Positions 1 to 13,735 of a stretch of 64,000 nucleotides of DNA are shown here, in pieces; the stretch's first letter is position 1; every line of letters begins with the position of its first letter. Source of the DNA: the human T2T-CHM13v2.0 reference genome, Homo sapiens; NCBI RefSeq assembly GCF_009914755.1, contig NC_060942.1, one strand, 5' to 3'. Both the position numbers and the translations under genes were made by a program. The notes beneath the pieces were generated by a model. It saw nothing but the letters and a program-made list of their open reading frames with translations. It was not told the DNA's origin and ran no database searches.

Positions 1-161
1 GAAAAATATGAAAATTATCCAAGCATGGTGGTGCCTGCCTTTTCGTACCAGCTACTGGAAAGGCTAAGGTGAGAGGATCATTTGAATCCAGGAGGTCAAG
101 GCTGCAGTAAGCTCTGGTTGCACCACTGCACTCCAACCTGGGTGAAAGAGGGAGACCCTCT
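1..161 (+). mobile_element. Old Alu right arm (AluJ-like), cut by window edge
   Basis: GCATGGTGGTGCCTGCC...GGAGGTCAAGGCTGCAGT...CACTGCACTCCAACCTGGGTGA matches a diverged Alu right monomer. Confidence 0.8.
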
Positions 162-2046
162 GCCGAGGACTCTTGGGCTATGACTATACCCATAGGGATT
201 GCCCTCAGTAACCTCACATTTGAGTGGAAGTGGAGATCATATGTACCTATACCAATATGTAGTGAAAAAGGAAAACATAAGAAATCATGGCAGAAATGGC
301 ACAAAGTATAAAAGAGGCTTGGTATAATTGAGAGACGCTTTCTGGTGATAAAATTTGAACTGATTTCTGGAGAATGGGTTGAATTCCAATAGAGGGAGAT
401 GGACCAAAGTTAATTCTGATGAGGGAAAAGTCTTGAGCAAAATCTAGAAAAGGGAAACATGCCCATTTTAAGTGTTAATGAGGGTCCAGTTGGGGTACAG
501 TGCAGGAAGAGAGTTCTAGTGAAAAGGTAGTTGGTCGGATAGGTCAGGGTCTTGCAGGCAGAGGCAGATACTATCATTATTCCATTTTTCAGATTGGAAA
601 ACAGACACAGAGAGCCCAAGGTCACAAAGCCAGAAAATGAATCTGGGCAGTCTAGCAGTAGCACCCTCTTCTTAAATGATCTACTAAAGGGCCTCTTCTC
701 CAGGCACTCTAAAACTCTTCTCCATCTTTAGCTTCCCCAGAGTACAGTGAGGCCCCCTGTCTACCTCACAGGATGGGGTCTCAGAAAAGCAACAGATCCC
801 AAATCATACTAGCTTTTAAATAAAAAAAAATGTAACCCTGCAAAACAAGAAGTGCAGAGGTTGGGAGAGAGCCAGCACTGGTTAATTCAGCAGCTCAACA
901 ATAAATCCAAGACCTGGGTACTGGTTCACCTCTCCACACCACCATCCTCATGGGCCAGCTTCTACCTTCTCCTGAATGCTGTGTCCTTGCCTAGTTTTCT
1001 CCCTGATTGTAGCTCAAGTGCTACTTCCTGGGGGCAACCTTTCCTGTCTCCCTCTTGGGGTAAGTCTGCCTTCCCAGGCTCTTGCAGCACCCCTGGGTCT
1101 GCTGAACTTTCCCTTATTACATAATTCTATGACTAATGTCAGCTTTTTCTGTTAGACTCTCAGCTCCACTAGAGAAGAAATTCTGTGCATTTTTGCTCAC
1201 CATTGAACCCTGGAGTCTACTACTCAAATATTTGTCAAATGAGTAAATGGTAGCTCTGTGCAGGGCCAAGGAACACAAGAACCACAAGAAACATGCAATC
1301 TGCCAAAATACTCATTACAGCTCACTCTCCTCTGGTGACATTTCCCTGAGGCACATTCCTGTTGGTTTCTTCCCCTCAAGAAGCATTCATCTTTCTCCTT
1401 CCTATAAAAGCCAGGATTTTCTCAGATAGCCACACCATGCCCCATGCAAAGAGATTTGGATTATTCTATCATCTTGAGGCATTTCTGTGGAAACTGCTGT
1501 CAGTCCAAGTGGCCCATGACCTAAGCTGACCCAAGCCGACTGAAGGGAGGACGTATTCTATGCATGCTATGCAGTTCCACAGGGTGCTGGTTGTCCCAGC
1601 TGCTGCTGGTGGTCTTCATGTAGCCAAGGTATCACTAGTGCATATGGAGAAAACAGAGCAACTGGAGAGAAACTGAGTAGGTAAAAGTGGGCAGGGCTTG
1701 GTGATGTTTGGGGATATGATATGAGCAATAAGACAGAGGATGGTCTTAGGAAAATCTCCTGTATTTTCCTTTTGGACAATGGTATAGATGAATAAAAGTT
1801 CCAATCACTGGGACAGAAAACACTTGGAAAATATGAGATTCATTCAGGCAAGCCTTTTATACACTATTCCATAATCAGTTTCATAAGTGAAAGGGAGTCA
1901 GAACTCATTTCTACCTTGTTTGCTCCTATCATACTGTGTTGTACCCTGTTGGATCTACTTATCACATTCCTCCTGCTAGTGGACTTACCTACTAATGTTT
2001 GCACTTCTTCCTTGCCAGCCTGGAACCTCTGAGACAGCAGGAGCAG

Positions 2047-2093
2047 TGTGTGTGCATGCATGTGTGTGTGCACTTTTGTGTGTGTGTGTGTGT
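2047..2093. repeat. (TG)n microsatellite
   Basis: Interrupted TG run. Confidence 0.85.
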
Positions 2094-4599
2094 AATTGGA
2101 TTCCCCACAGCACATTATTGTTTTATCCATAGTAAATGGTGGATGAATATTTGCATGATTTAGCTGGACTGCAGCATTGTGGAGGTCAGATAACCACATT
2201 TTGATAGACAAGTTGCATTCTAACCTTGAAGCAGACAAAATGCCCATCTTATCAGCCTCGCTCACACCGGCTGTGCCTTTCCTTTGTGGTTGTATGTTTA
2301 AGGAGCTCATCTAACAAGCTTCTTAAAAAGGGGATTGGACCTTCGCCAGCCTCAGGCTGCATGGCAGGGTGACTGTGTCTTTGAATATCCCAGATGGAGG
2401 CTGGTCACCCTTTTGTCTTTGGGTGAATAGACTACTCAGGAAGGCAGGGAGGCATGCACCCCCCTTTCTTGTTAATGAGTTTGCAATTTATTTTGGCAGA
2501 TATAAAATAATAATTCAAAGGCAGTGTAGAAGAAGATGGGGACATTACTTTTAATTGTTTAATATTGTTATGACATGACATTTGCTTACAGAAAGAGAGG
2601 CAAGCCACCATCTTCAAGGGAGGGCATAGTCATCGACTGTGATCCTGGTGTCCATGTTGGAATATCATGGCAACTATCTCCCAGCACTGAACTCGATTAC
2701 TTCTGCTGCATTCCCAGTGTTAGCTGAGTTGCTTAATTTACTTTCTTCAATGCCATGTGTGAAAGGGAAGCTAGAAAACTGCACTATGTATGGCTTCGTG
2801 CACTGAAAATTTGACATTATCAAAGGAGGCATGATCTTGTCTCTCTCTATCCCTCTCCAAATGTTTTCTATAATTATATTCAGAGGCTCATGGGTCTTAC
2901 CATGGGTGATCAAGGAAGGGCTGGTAACTCTTTCAACCACAGGTAAAATATTACAAACATCTGAAACCTGTATTTTTACAGGTGAGAGAAATGAGGCCAG
3001 AAAAGTTAAGTGCATCGTGTTGAGTACAATTTTATTTGGTGATCAGGCAGCCCTGGGTTCAAATGCTGGCTCTGTTGCTACCACTTAAGCCACTTAACTC
3101 CATCTGAGCCTCAGGTTGCCCATCTGCGTAATAAGCAGTAACAGCAGCTGTCCTGCAGGACTACTGTGAGAATTACAACTCAGGCAATGATCATGATATT
3201 TCTTGGCAGAGGTGTTCACTACCTAGGTAGTGTTATTATTATTATGTCTAAAGTCACAAAGGGAGATTTTGAGAAAGCTTGAATGAAAACTTGTTCCTCC
3301 CAACACTGAGCTTATTAGAGCACACCGTTTTGCTTGAATAAAGCAGCCCTGGAGTCTCTCAGGGGAGGGTGTTTGTAACATCTGCTCAGGCACAGTTTCA
3401 TTTACTATATACCCAGAGACTAGCACTGTACAAGTTGTGGGGAGATACTCATGTGAGTTGGCAGACTTTTGGTCAAATATTTTCCCTAAATCCAGGTCTC
3501 TATGGCATTCTACAGAACACTCTGCATCCTTCTAAGGGACACTGGAAGAGCAAATGGATTGTACAGTGAGTTACAAATAAAATGGCTAATCTCAGCATGA
3601 AAGGCTGAGGGTGTTACCTGAATGAGGATGCAGACCCTCCATCTACATACAAGCAAACCTAAGTGACCATGAGCCTGCCGGAAAGAAATCACATGCTATG
3701 TAAAGGCTTAGTAACAGTGATGAATATTTGAACCTGAACTCCAGCTCCAGAGCAGTTCAGTGGCCTCTCTTCCAGGAACAGAAGCCAAAGCAGCTCAGGA
3801 TTCTTGAAGGCTCTGAAAGGTCAATGAGAATCCTGGTATATGTCAAGACTTTCCCACCAAAGAAGGGCTCCATGTGTAGAGACTTAGAAAGGATTCCCAA
3901 CCTTGGCCCCTCCAAAACCAGAAACAAAGGTGGGGGACAGCCCAATTAAGTGGCCCTAGAGATTTGCCCAGGAGCTGGAGCCCTCCGGAGAAGTCCAGTT
4001 TTCCTATGCAGGGAGAGGACTGGGAGTTCTCTGGTCACAAGTGTTCTCCCTTTGTTTTCATGAAGCTTTGTCTCTTACCTGGTAAGAAAAATGGAACCGC
4101 ATGCAGCTGCTGAAAACTTTAACCAAAAACTGGTTAAAGATGCTGGCACAAAGAAAGGAGGCCTGAAGAAAACAAGTGACCATGAAAACACATTTAGCTC
4201 TTAATCTGACCCATTTCTCATGGGCCAGGCCTGGTGCCAGGAATGCGGTGATGAATAAGGCCTGAGCTGAGATTGTGAGGATGACAGGGAGTCCACCCTG
4301 TGGGGATCTGGGATGATAGAAGGGCCCCGCAGATAGGGGACCCCATGGCCAGAAGTTCTGCCGAGTGGAAAAGGGCTTGGAGTAACTGAGGTCAGCTGGA
4401 TTCCTTAAACACTGCCCAGAGCCCTTGAAGCCATCTAAGGGCACACTTCTCAGGCCTGCTCCGAACCACACTCAACTGGGAATCTTTTAAGGACAGCTGC
4501 TCTGTTAGGCTTGCCTGAGATGGTGCAGTTTTCCCCCGCGGCGGCAGAGGCACAGACAGTTAAGAATGCAGGAGCGGGGCCTCACAATGCTTTGGACTA

Positions 4600-6750
4600 G
4601 GGCAAAGGCGGACCCCTGCCTCTCCCCTCCCGGGGCTACGACATGGGAGGACCCGGACCCGTGGATCCATTGACTCTGGCACCAGAGGATCCCCGCTCTC
4701 CAGCGCCCTAGACTGAGGCAGGAGAAGACCTCAGACCCGCTCCGCCCTGAACTAGAGCACAGTGGGACCCGCGACCTGCCTTGGCCTCAGGCACTGGAGG
4801 ACACCTGCAACGCCGTGCGCTAGACTATGCTACTGAAGGACCTCTCCCGCGGCTCAGCCCTGGACTAAGGCACCGGAGGATCCCCGCCCTGGACTAAGGC
4901 ACCGGAGGATCCCCGCCCTGCCCCGCCCCGCGGTGTCCTGGACTGTGCCACCGCAGAACCCCCACCCCTCCACACCCTGGACTCTGGCTCCCGAGGACCT
5001 GGGCCCTGGCTCGCCCTGAACTACTCCTGCCCCTCAGCGCCCTGGACTGTGGTTCCAGAGGACCTGGTCCTGCGGCAACTTGGGCTACCGCGTGGACTCC
5101 AGGACCCCAGTCCTGCCAGGCCCTAGACCAAGACACGGGAGAACCTCTGACTCGCCGCCCCCGGACTAGGGCACCAGAGGACCCACACCCTGCAGTGCCC
5201 TGGACTACAGCACGGAAGGACCCCCGATCCGCCAGGCACTGGGCTCCTGCACAGAGGGACGCCCGCCATGGAGGTCTGGACTACCCCTGCCCCACCGCAC
5301 CCTGGACTACTGCACGCCAAGACCCTCACCTGAACACGCCCTACACTCTGGCATGGGGGAACCCGGCCCCGCAGAGCCCTGGACTCTGGCATTGGAGGAC
5401 TCCTTGGCTACGTCCTGGACTCCTGCACAAGAGGACTCCTGCCCCGCCACACCCTGGACACTTGCACTAGAGAACCCTGCCCCGTCGCCCCCTAGACTAT
5501 GGCACGGGAGGACCCTTGCCACCGACTTCGGCACGGTAAGACCCCTGACCCGCCTTGCACTGGATTCCAGCACTGGAGGACCCCCTGCCACGGCGCTCTC
5601 TGGACTACCCCTGCCCCACCGCGTCCTGCACTACAGCACAGCAGGACCGCCGTCCCACCGCGCACTGGACTGAGGCACAGCAGGACCACCACTCCCACAT
5701 GCCCTGGACCACTGCAGGACAGGTCCCCCACTCCGCCGTGCCCTGGAATATGGCACTGGAGGACCCCCGTCCTGCCGCTCCGCGGACTCCACCACCGAAG
5801 ACCCTCGCCCCCCTGCGCCCTGGACAAAGGCATGGGAGGACCCGGCTTCACCGACCTGTGGGCTATCGCATAGGAAAACCCTCACCTCCACCCCCACCCC
5901 GCGCCAGAGACTCTGACAAGAGAGGACCCCTGCCCCCTGCTCCCCGGACTACAGCAAGGCAGGAACCACCCTCCTCCAAGATCCTCACTATGGCAACTGT
6001 GGACCCCCGCCCTGGTACGCCCTGGACTAAGTCACCGAAGGACCCCGACCCCACAACGCCGTGAACTCCAGCATTGGAGGACCATTGCCTTACTGCGGAC
6101 TCAAGCACTGGACTATCGCAGGGCAGGATCCCTGTCCCGCCATGCCCTACACTATGGCACGGGAGGACCCAGCCTCACTGTGCTCTGGACTCCAGCACCG
6201 GAGGACTCCTACACGGAGGACTCCGGCTCTGCCACGTCCTGGACTCCTGAACAAGAGAACCCTCGCCCCGCTGCACCTTGGATATAGCAAGGCAGGAATC
6301 CCGCCCTGTCGCGCTCTGGACTGTGGCACCTGAGGATCCACGCCCCAGCGCGCCCTGGACTACTGCTCCGCAGGACTCCTGTTCCACCGCACCCTGGACT
6401 ATGGCACCAGAGGACCCAGCTCCCCGCGACCTGGACTAAGGCACCAGAGGACCCAGCTCCCCGCGACCTGGACTATGGCACCAGAGGACCCAGCCTCCCT
6501 GCGTCATGGACTAAGGCACAGTAGGACCCCGCAGCATCGTGTACTCCTGTACAGGAGGAACCTCGCAGGGCTGTACCCTGGACTGAGCTACTGAAGGAGC
6601 CTCACCCCTGCCTCACCCTGGACTAAGGCACTGGAGAACTCTTGCTCCGCAGAGCCGCGGACTCTTGCAGGAGAGAATCTCCGCCCAGCCGTGCCCTGGA
6701 CTGTGGCACAGCAGGGCCCACACCGCGCCATGGACTCCTGTACTGGAGGA
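4600..6750. repeat. GC/CpG-rich degenerate minisatellite, ~36-38 bp unit
   Basis: Recurrent CCCTGGACT(A/G)xGGCAC...GAGGACCC core; perfect 29-bp tandem copy at 4858/4887; near-perfect 37-bp copies around 6394-6493. Confidence 0.9.
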
Positions 6751-6829
6751 AGAGTAGTAATAAATGTCCAGGTTTACAAGTTGAAAAGTAGCAATCAATG
6801 TGTTACAATGGATGGATTTGATGTAAAAT

Positions 6830-6971
6830 TACAAATGCTGAAAACATTATGTGTAATTGCCTAGCCAGATCAATTACACAAGACAAAGAAATAAAAGAAA
6901 TCCATATAGGGAAGGAAGAGGTAAGATTATTTCTGTTTTCTGAAAATATAATCTTAAGATACAGAAAATCT
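6830..6971 (+). mobile_element. Old L1 (L1M-type) ORF2 fragment, left part of the element interrupted by the CXADR retrocopy
   Basis: GACAAAGAAATAAAAG...GGAAGGAAGAGGTAAGATTATTTCTG resembles L1 ORF2 and continues at 10258. Confidence 0.7.
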
Positions 6972-9900
6972 TTTTTTATTATTAATGTTCTGTTTACTTA
7001 TTTTTATATTTTATAAATAAACTTTATTCGTATAAAACAGGCCAAACATCTGACATTCAAAAATGGCTACTGTTATAAAATCAGAAACATAGAGTGTTGG
7101 GAATATTGAAATTTCTAAATCTTTATGAATAACACAATCACTTACGTTATATCCACAAAGAACAGAAAAGAGGCAAGCTTGAAAATGTGAGGATAGAAAG
7201 GTGTCACAGTGATGTGTTTTTAGAAACAGTACCTTCACCTCTAAGCACCTTTCGGGTAGGTGATAGCTAGCTCATAGGCACCAGAAATTCATAACAGAAA
7301 TTAAATTACCCAAAAGGCACAGAAGAAAATGTTAACACAAGTATAAAAGTAATTTTATGTAAGATTAAAACCTATTTTAAAATGCTTCCAAATATGTAAA
7401 ACTATAGACAAATCCATTACACATTCAGCTTAAGTTTACCATTAAAAAGTGCACACACGATACTCTAACTGTAAATACATGCCACTGTTTATAATGTAGC
7501 ATTTACCACCACAACACCCAAAGATATTAACAGAAACCAACTCCCTACTAAAATCTAGGGAAAGGTTTTACAGCTAGTGAAATAATTTATTGCAGACCGT
7601 ATTTATTATAAAGAAACTGTTGGCTCATTCTACTGTATCCACACTCCCTCACAATCTTAAGGGAAATACAATAAATCCACTTTCTTCTCCTAAAATGATA
7701 TTTAGCACATTTGGCAAGGAGTAGTCCCTTTACTCCTTCTTCTTATCTTTTTTTCTTTTTCTTTTTCTTTTTTTTTTTTTTTTTGAGAATAAACCACTTT
7801 CACAAAACTAAGACTCAAACTTTTTCAAAGCTCAGCTTGATTTGCTGGAACTACACAGAGACATGCTTGATCACACAACAGCAACTGTACATCTTCCCAT
7901 GTCTGGAATACAGAACTGATGGAGGACACTTACTTGCTTAAAATATATTTGATTATTCTGCATTTATGATAAAAATATCATCCAGGGATCATATTCAAGA
8001 GGGTAAATTTAGGATTACATGTTTCTAGAACATATAATATGTAATGCCATGCCAAACCAACAACAAACAACATAAAGCACTGAAACTGAAGAACCACTTA
8101 AAATTTAGAATTAGGAAATTTCAATCTATAATTGTCAAACAATAAATGAGTTATAATATTTTTCTAATAAGAAAAATATCACCTAAAGTGGAAAGCCAGT
8201 ATTTAGTCCGGAACTATGAGATACTACATCCTTGATCTGGCTGGCCACCATTTTAAAGACCACCACAGATCTCAAGGCATGAGACCACTCACCAGCAAAA
8301 TCTATCCCTGCTATTACACCTAGTGTCATCTCAATATGTGGCTGACAGCAAATGTTCTAACTTAATCTGATAGATGCTCCTTTAGCATATAAAAGAGCTT
8401 GCTAAGTCCCTATTACCTGTAGCAGTCTATCAACTAAATATTTAAGAAATCATTTCATAGACAAGGTTTATGAATGACTTAGAAGTAAAATTAGTAATTT
8501 CTAAACCACTGTAGTGTTTTCTATGTTTTTAGAGATATTCCTAACACAGAGTTTTCCAAGGAGCTGTGAAAACAAGTACAAACACACATGTGTAATTTTG
8601 TCATGGATGTTTCTGTACTAATTTGGGGGAGACTGGTGGGCCATAAATAAATGAGATACACATCCTAAAAATAATGGTAAAAATTATCAAGTACCACTTT
8701 CAGATGGTTACTCAAGTATCAACTTGGTATGCAAGTAAGTTCACCAATGTCTTCACTTATGATTTCATATTCAAAGTGCTACATCTTACTTAGGTACTGA
8801 TAAATTTAGAAACCTTTATAATCAACCTCTTAAAGAAAATCCAGCTTTTTCAGATGGTAAACTTGTCTTTACTAACTTTAATGCCTGTAACTATTTCGAT
8901 ATAACCAAAGAAAAATTTTAAAAAATATATTCCTTACAGCTCCTGATTAACTTATTTTTGGATACATTTTGAGGCTAGTAACAAAATTTAGACCAGAATA
9001 GGTTTTCATATATCAAAAAAGGAAAGGAACACGGAAAGCACAGATGAGACGTATGGAGGCTCTATACTATAGACCCATCCTTGCTCTGTGCGGGAATCAT
9101 CACAGGAATCACGCCCATTCGACCTAGATTAGGGGCAGCTACCTTAGCAGGTGGGAGAGTTGGACTCTGAGGAGTGCGTTCAAAGTCTTCACTCGGTACT
9201 TGTTTATACTGAGTCTTGGAATATCCCTCCATGTTGGAAGGAGACATGGATTCCAGGGATGAATGATTACTGCCTATGCAGCTTCTGGCAGCGGACGTAC
9301 GGCTCTTTGGAGGCGGCACATCTTCCCTGATATCGTGATGAACTTACTTTTCGTATTTTTCTTCTCTGCGCTTTTTACGACAGCAAAAGATGATAAGACC
9401 AATGAGCACTAGAGCAAGCAAAGTTCCTATAATGGCTCCTGCAATTAGTCCAGCTTTATTTGAAGGAGGGACAACGTTTACACGCAACAGGCACTGATCA
9501 GAGCCCACTCCGTTTCTGATGTACAGCTGTATGTCCCAGAGTACTCAGAAGAAGCATTTTTTTACAGATATAAACAGATGAAGTCATTTCTGCTAACCAT
9601 GAAGTGGGCATTTTCTGTGAGTCAGACAATTTTTGCCACTCATACTGTAATGGAAGTGAACCTTCTTTTGGTTCACATTTTAGTTTAAAGTCACTTCCAA
9701 TTTCTTCTGATCCATCAACATAACATCTTGTACCTGAAGGCTTAACAAGAACTACCAGCTGAATCTTCTTATTTGCAACACCAGGAGCTTTTTTTCACTT
9801 TGCACTGATCTGTGCCAATATCTGACAGCTGTAAATTCGTTACATTTATTGATGCATCACCAGATTTGAGATCATTACTCTTAAAATGTACTCGGCCTTT

Positions 9901-10241
9901 CAGTTCTGGATAGTAATCATCATAAATTTTGTTTCCAGAATATAAAATCATCACTTGATCCACCTTCTGATTATCAGCTGGTGATATCAGCCACTCGATG
10001 TCCAGTGGTCCCTGGTCTTCAGGACTAAGCGTAAATTTGCATGGCAGATAGGTAGTTTCCCCTTTGGCTTTTTCAATCATCTGCTCAGGAGTAGTGATAC
10101 TCAAACTTCTGGTGAAATCCGCGACTCCGCACAGGAGCACGAAGCGCAGCAGGAGCGCCATGGTGGCTGCCGTGCCGTGGGCGGCGGCTGAGGTAGGCGG
10201 CTCTCGCTCCAGGTCCTAGGCTCCCCGCGCCTCGCGCACTC
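6972..10241 (-). pseudogene. CXADRP3: CXADR (coxsackievirus/adenovirus receptor) processed pseudogene: 5'UTR, disrupted CDS 10161-9062, ~2 kb 3'UTR, poly(A) remnant
   Basis: Intronless [16 protein letters not shown]...GSIV*; frameshifts at the A7 run ~9790, around 9557-9573 and ~9519; AATAAA (minus) 7023-7028; TSD AAGATA(C/G)AGAAAATCT at 6956-6971 and 10242-10257. Paralogue number inferred from adjacency to POTEC. Confidence 0.93.
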
Positions 10242-10257
10242 AAGATAGAGAAAATCT

Positions 10258-12920
10258 TAAAGACTCCACCAAAATAAATGGTTAAAGCTGATAAAGAAAT
10301 TCAATAAAGTTAATAGTTACAAAATCAACATACAGCTAGCATTATTGTTTCTATACACTAATGACAAACTATTACCTGAAAAATAAAGTAATAAGGCAAT
10401 TCAATTTATAATAGAATCAAAACAGATATAAAAATATATAAAAGACTTAGGAGTAAATTTAATCAAGAATGTGAAATATTTGCACACTGAAAACTATAGC
10501 ACATTGATGAAAAAAATTAAAATGGCATAAATAAATGGAGAAACATCCTTTACTGATGGATTCAAAAATTAGTATTGTAAAAGTGTCAATGCTACCCAAA
10601 GCAATCTACAGATTAAATGCAACCACTATCAAATTCCCCGAAATAGAAAAATTACTGCTAAAATTTGTATGGAACCACAAAAGACCCCGACTAACCAAAG
10701 CAATCTTGAACAAAAAGAACAAAGCTGGAGGTATCAGACTACCCAATTCCAAACTATATTACAAAGCCATAGTAATTAAAACAACATAGCAGTGGCATAA
10801 AAACAGACAGGTAGAACAGTGCAAAGGGATATAGAACCCGTAAATAAATCCGTGTGTCTGTGGTCAATTGATTTTTTGATAAAATGACTAAAAATACACA
10901 ATGAAGAAAGAAAATTATTTTCAATAAATGGGGTAGAAAAAACTGAATATCCACATACAGAAGAATAAAATTTGACTTTCCTTTTGCTCTTTATACAAGT
11001 ATCAAATCAAAATTAAAGACTTAAATGTAAAACTACTACAAAGAAATATAGAAGAAGACTGTATGACATTGGCCTGAGCTATGATTTTCTGTAGATTATT
11101 CCAAAAGCACAGGCAACAAAAGCAAAAACACACGAATGAGATTGCATAAAACTAAAAAGCTTTTCCACGGAAAAGAAGCGATAATAGAATGAAGAGAACC
11201 CACAAATGGGATAACACTTTTAAACCATACATCAGATAAAGGGCTCATATAATAATATATAAGTAACTCAACCTACTCAAAAATAAGAATAAAACTATGC
11301 TTATTAAAAAAAATAAGCAAAAAACCAGAATAGACATTTCCTAAGGCATACAAAAGGCCAATAGGTACATGAAAAAATCAAAAACATTTCTAATTATCAG
11401 AGAAATGCAAATCAAAGCCACAATGAGATATCACCTCACACATTTTACTAAGGCTATTATAAAAAGAGATGGAAGATAAGTGTTGATGAGGATGTGGAGA
11501 AAAAGAAACCCTGTACACTGTTGGTAGGAATGGAAATTAGTACAGCCATCTTGGAAAACAGTATGAAGTTCCCTCAAGAAATTATATTTACCCTATGATC
11601 CATCAATCCCACTTCTGGATATATGTCCAAAGGAATTTCAATCGGTATGTCAAAAAGAGACATCTGCAATTTCATGTTCGTTGCAGCATTATTCATAATA
11701 CCCATGAATTAGAAACAACCTAAGTGCTTATCAACTGAAGAATAGATAAAAATATGTGGAAAAATTGGAACCCTTCTACACCACTGGTGAGACTTTAAAA
11801 TGTAAAACAGTCTGGCAGTTCTTCAAATGGTTAAACATAGAGTTATCACATGACCCAGCAATTCCACTTCTGTGTGTTTACCAAAAAGAAAATAAAACAA
11901 ATGCTACACAAACAGTAGTACACAAATGTTTATAGCAACACAAAGTAGAAAACAACAGAAATGTTCATCAGCTGAGGAGTGGATAAATAAAATGTGGTGT
12001 GTCCATAAAACAGAATCTTATTTAGCAAGAGAAGGTAAAAAACTGTTAATGCATGCTCCAAAACGGATGAACATTAAAAATACGTTAAGTGAAAGATGTG
12101 AGTAAAAAGTGACTATGTGTTATTATGATTCCATTTATGTGAAATGTCCAGAATAGGCAAATTCATAGTCAGAAAGTAGACGAGTGGTTGCCTAGACTAG
12201 GAGGGGTTTAAAAAAGGCTGGAGAAAATGGGGAAAGATTGCTAATGGGCGCAAGTCTCTTTTAAGGAGAATTAAAATGTTCTAAAATTATATTATGATGA
12301 TTATTTGTCCATCCAGTTAATATACTAAAAGAATTTGAAGTTTGTACTTTAAATGAGTGAATTACACAATGTATAAATTATATCTCAATAAAGCTGTGGA
12401 AAGTTAAAAGTATATGTAGGATGCATACAAAAATACTGCTTATCTTTATAAATGAATGAAATTCTGTCATTTGCAAAAACGTGGATGGATTTAGAGGACA
12501 TTATGCTAAGTAAAATAAGCCAGACACAGAAAGACAAATATCTCTTAATATCACTTATATGTGAAATCCAAAACTGTGCACTCATAGAAGTTAAGAGTGG
12601 AATGGTGGTTTATCAGAGGCTGAGCAGGGTGGGGGGCAGGGGTGGAAAAAGGGGAAATATTCAATGGGATAATGCTTCAGTTAGGAGAAAGACATTCTGG
12701 TGATATGGTGCACAGCAAAGTGACTGCAGTTACTTATAATGTAGTGCATATCTTAAAAGTGCTAAAATAGTACATTTTAAATGTTTCACCATAATGTAAT
12801 AAATATCTGAGGTGAAGGATACGTTATTTAGCCTAATTTGTCCATTTCACAATATTTACATGTATCGTACCACATTGTACCCTATATATATTTATTTATC
12901 AATAAAATCAACATTTTAAA
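10258..12920 (+). mobile_element. Old L1 (L1MA/L1MB-type) ORF2 3' part and 3'UTR, probably two nested elements
   Basis: ORF2-like peptides ([10 protein letters not shown]..., [10 protein letters not shown]..., NEILSFAKTWMDLEDIMLSKISQTQKDKY); L1 3'UTR-like sequence ending near AATAAA at 12901. Confidence 0.85.
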
Positions 12921-13592
12921 AAGTGAGAAACACAGATGTGCTAGATCTTCATCTAAAGACATTTCTGAGAAAAATGTATCTGTTTTCTTTCAAAAGAAAT
13001 TTACACTTAATAGATATTATGGTAACTAAAGTAAGGCAGATAATTTTGGCCATCAGCTTATATTATGGGATAATCTCTTTTTGCTGACCTTGTAAAAGCT
13101 GTGGCATATTAACAAGTAGGAACATTTTTTTATCACGATCAGGTAAAGGTTCTGCATGTTTCTATTTTGAATAATATTTTCCCCAGGAATCACAAAGTGT
13201 GAATGCCTTTTCTTTCAGAGGTCTAGCCCTAAATGGTTTAGTCAATTACATCATGCATTCTGAAATAAGTACTGGTGCATTTGGGAAGGTACTATATACA
13301 ATTGTGTTTTAAATTTAACTATCATATAAGTCTACTTTTCTAGTTAAGAGTCTATATTTTATAGAGGCCCTCCATATATATAAGAGATTTTCTGATAGTA
13401 TATCCATTAGATTTCAAAGATAAGTAAAGGAACAATTTTGCTTTTATTTATTATTATTATTTTTTAAGGCTAGTCAAGTGAAGCAGTGGGAGTGGAGAAG
13501 GAACTGCTTTAATTTTTATATGTTGGTGTTACAGGCTATATGTGACAGGCTATATATTTTTCTGCTGAATTTTAGAAACAAAATGAAATATT

Positions 13593-13735
13593 TATTTCAT
13601 ATTTCATTAGATTTAGGGATGATTACATTGAGGGGTTGGGACTAGACTGAAGGCACCACATCATCAATCACTTGGAAACAATATTTTGCCTATGTGTTAT
13701 GTTATATTGACAAAAACTTTTATTGTTGCAGGCAA
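13593..13735 (+). repeat. 143-bp segment with an identical second copy at 16413-16555
   Basis: Line-by-line identity at an offset of 2,820 bp. Confidence 0.95.

Noticed and set aside
1985-2024. Minus-strand exon-like segment (ctcAG...GTAAGT)
   Set aside because: Only 40 nt, no recognisable product or partner exons
4894-6387. Many overlapping Pro/Gly/Arg-rich ORFs up to 169 aa
   Set aside because: By-product of the GC-rich minisatellite; open in several frames on both strands
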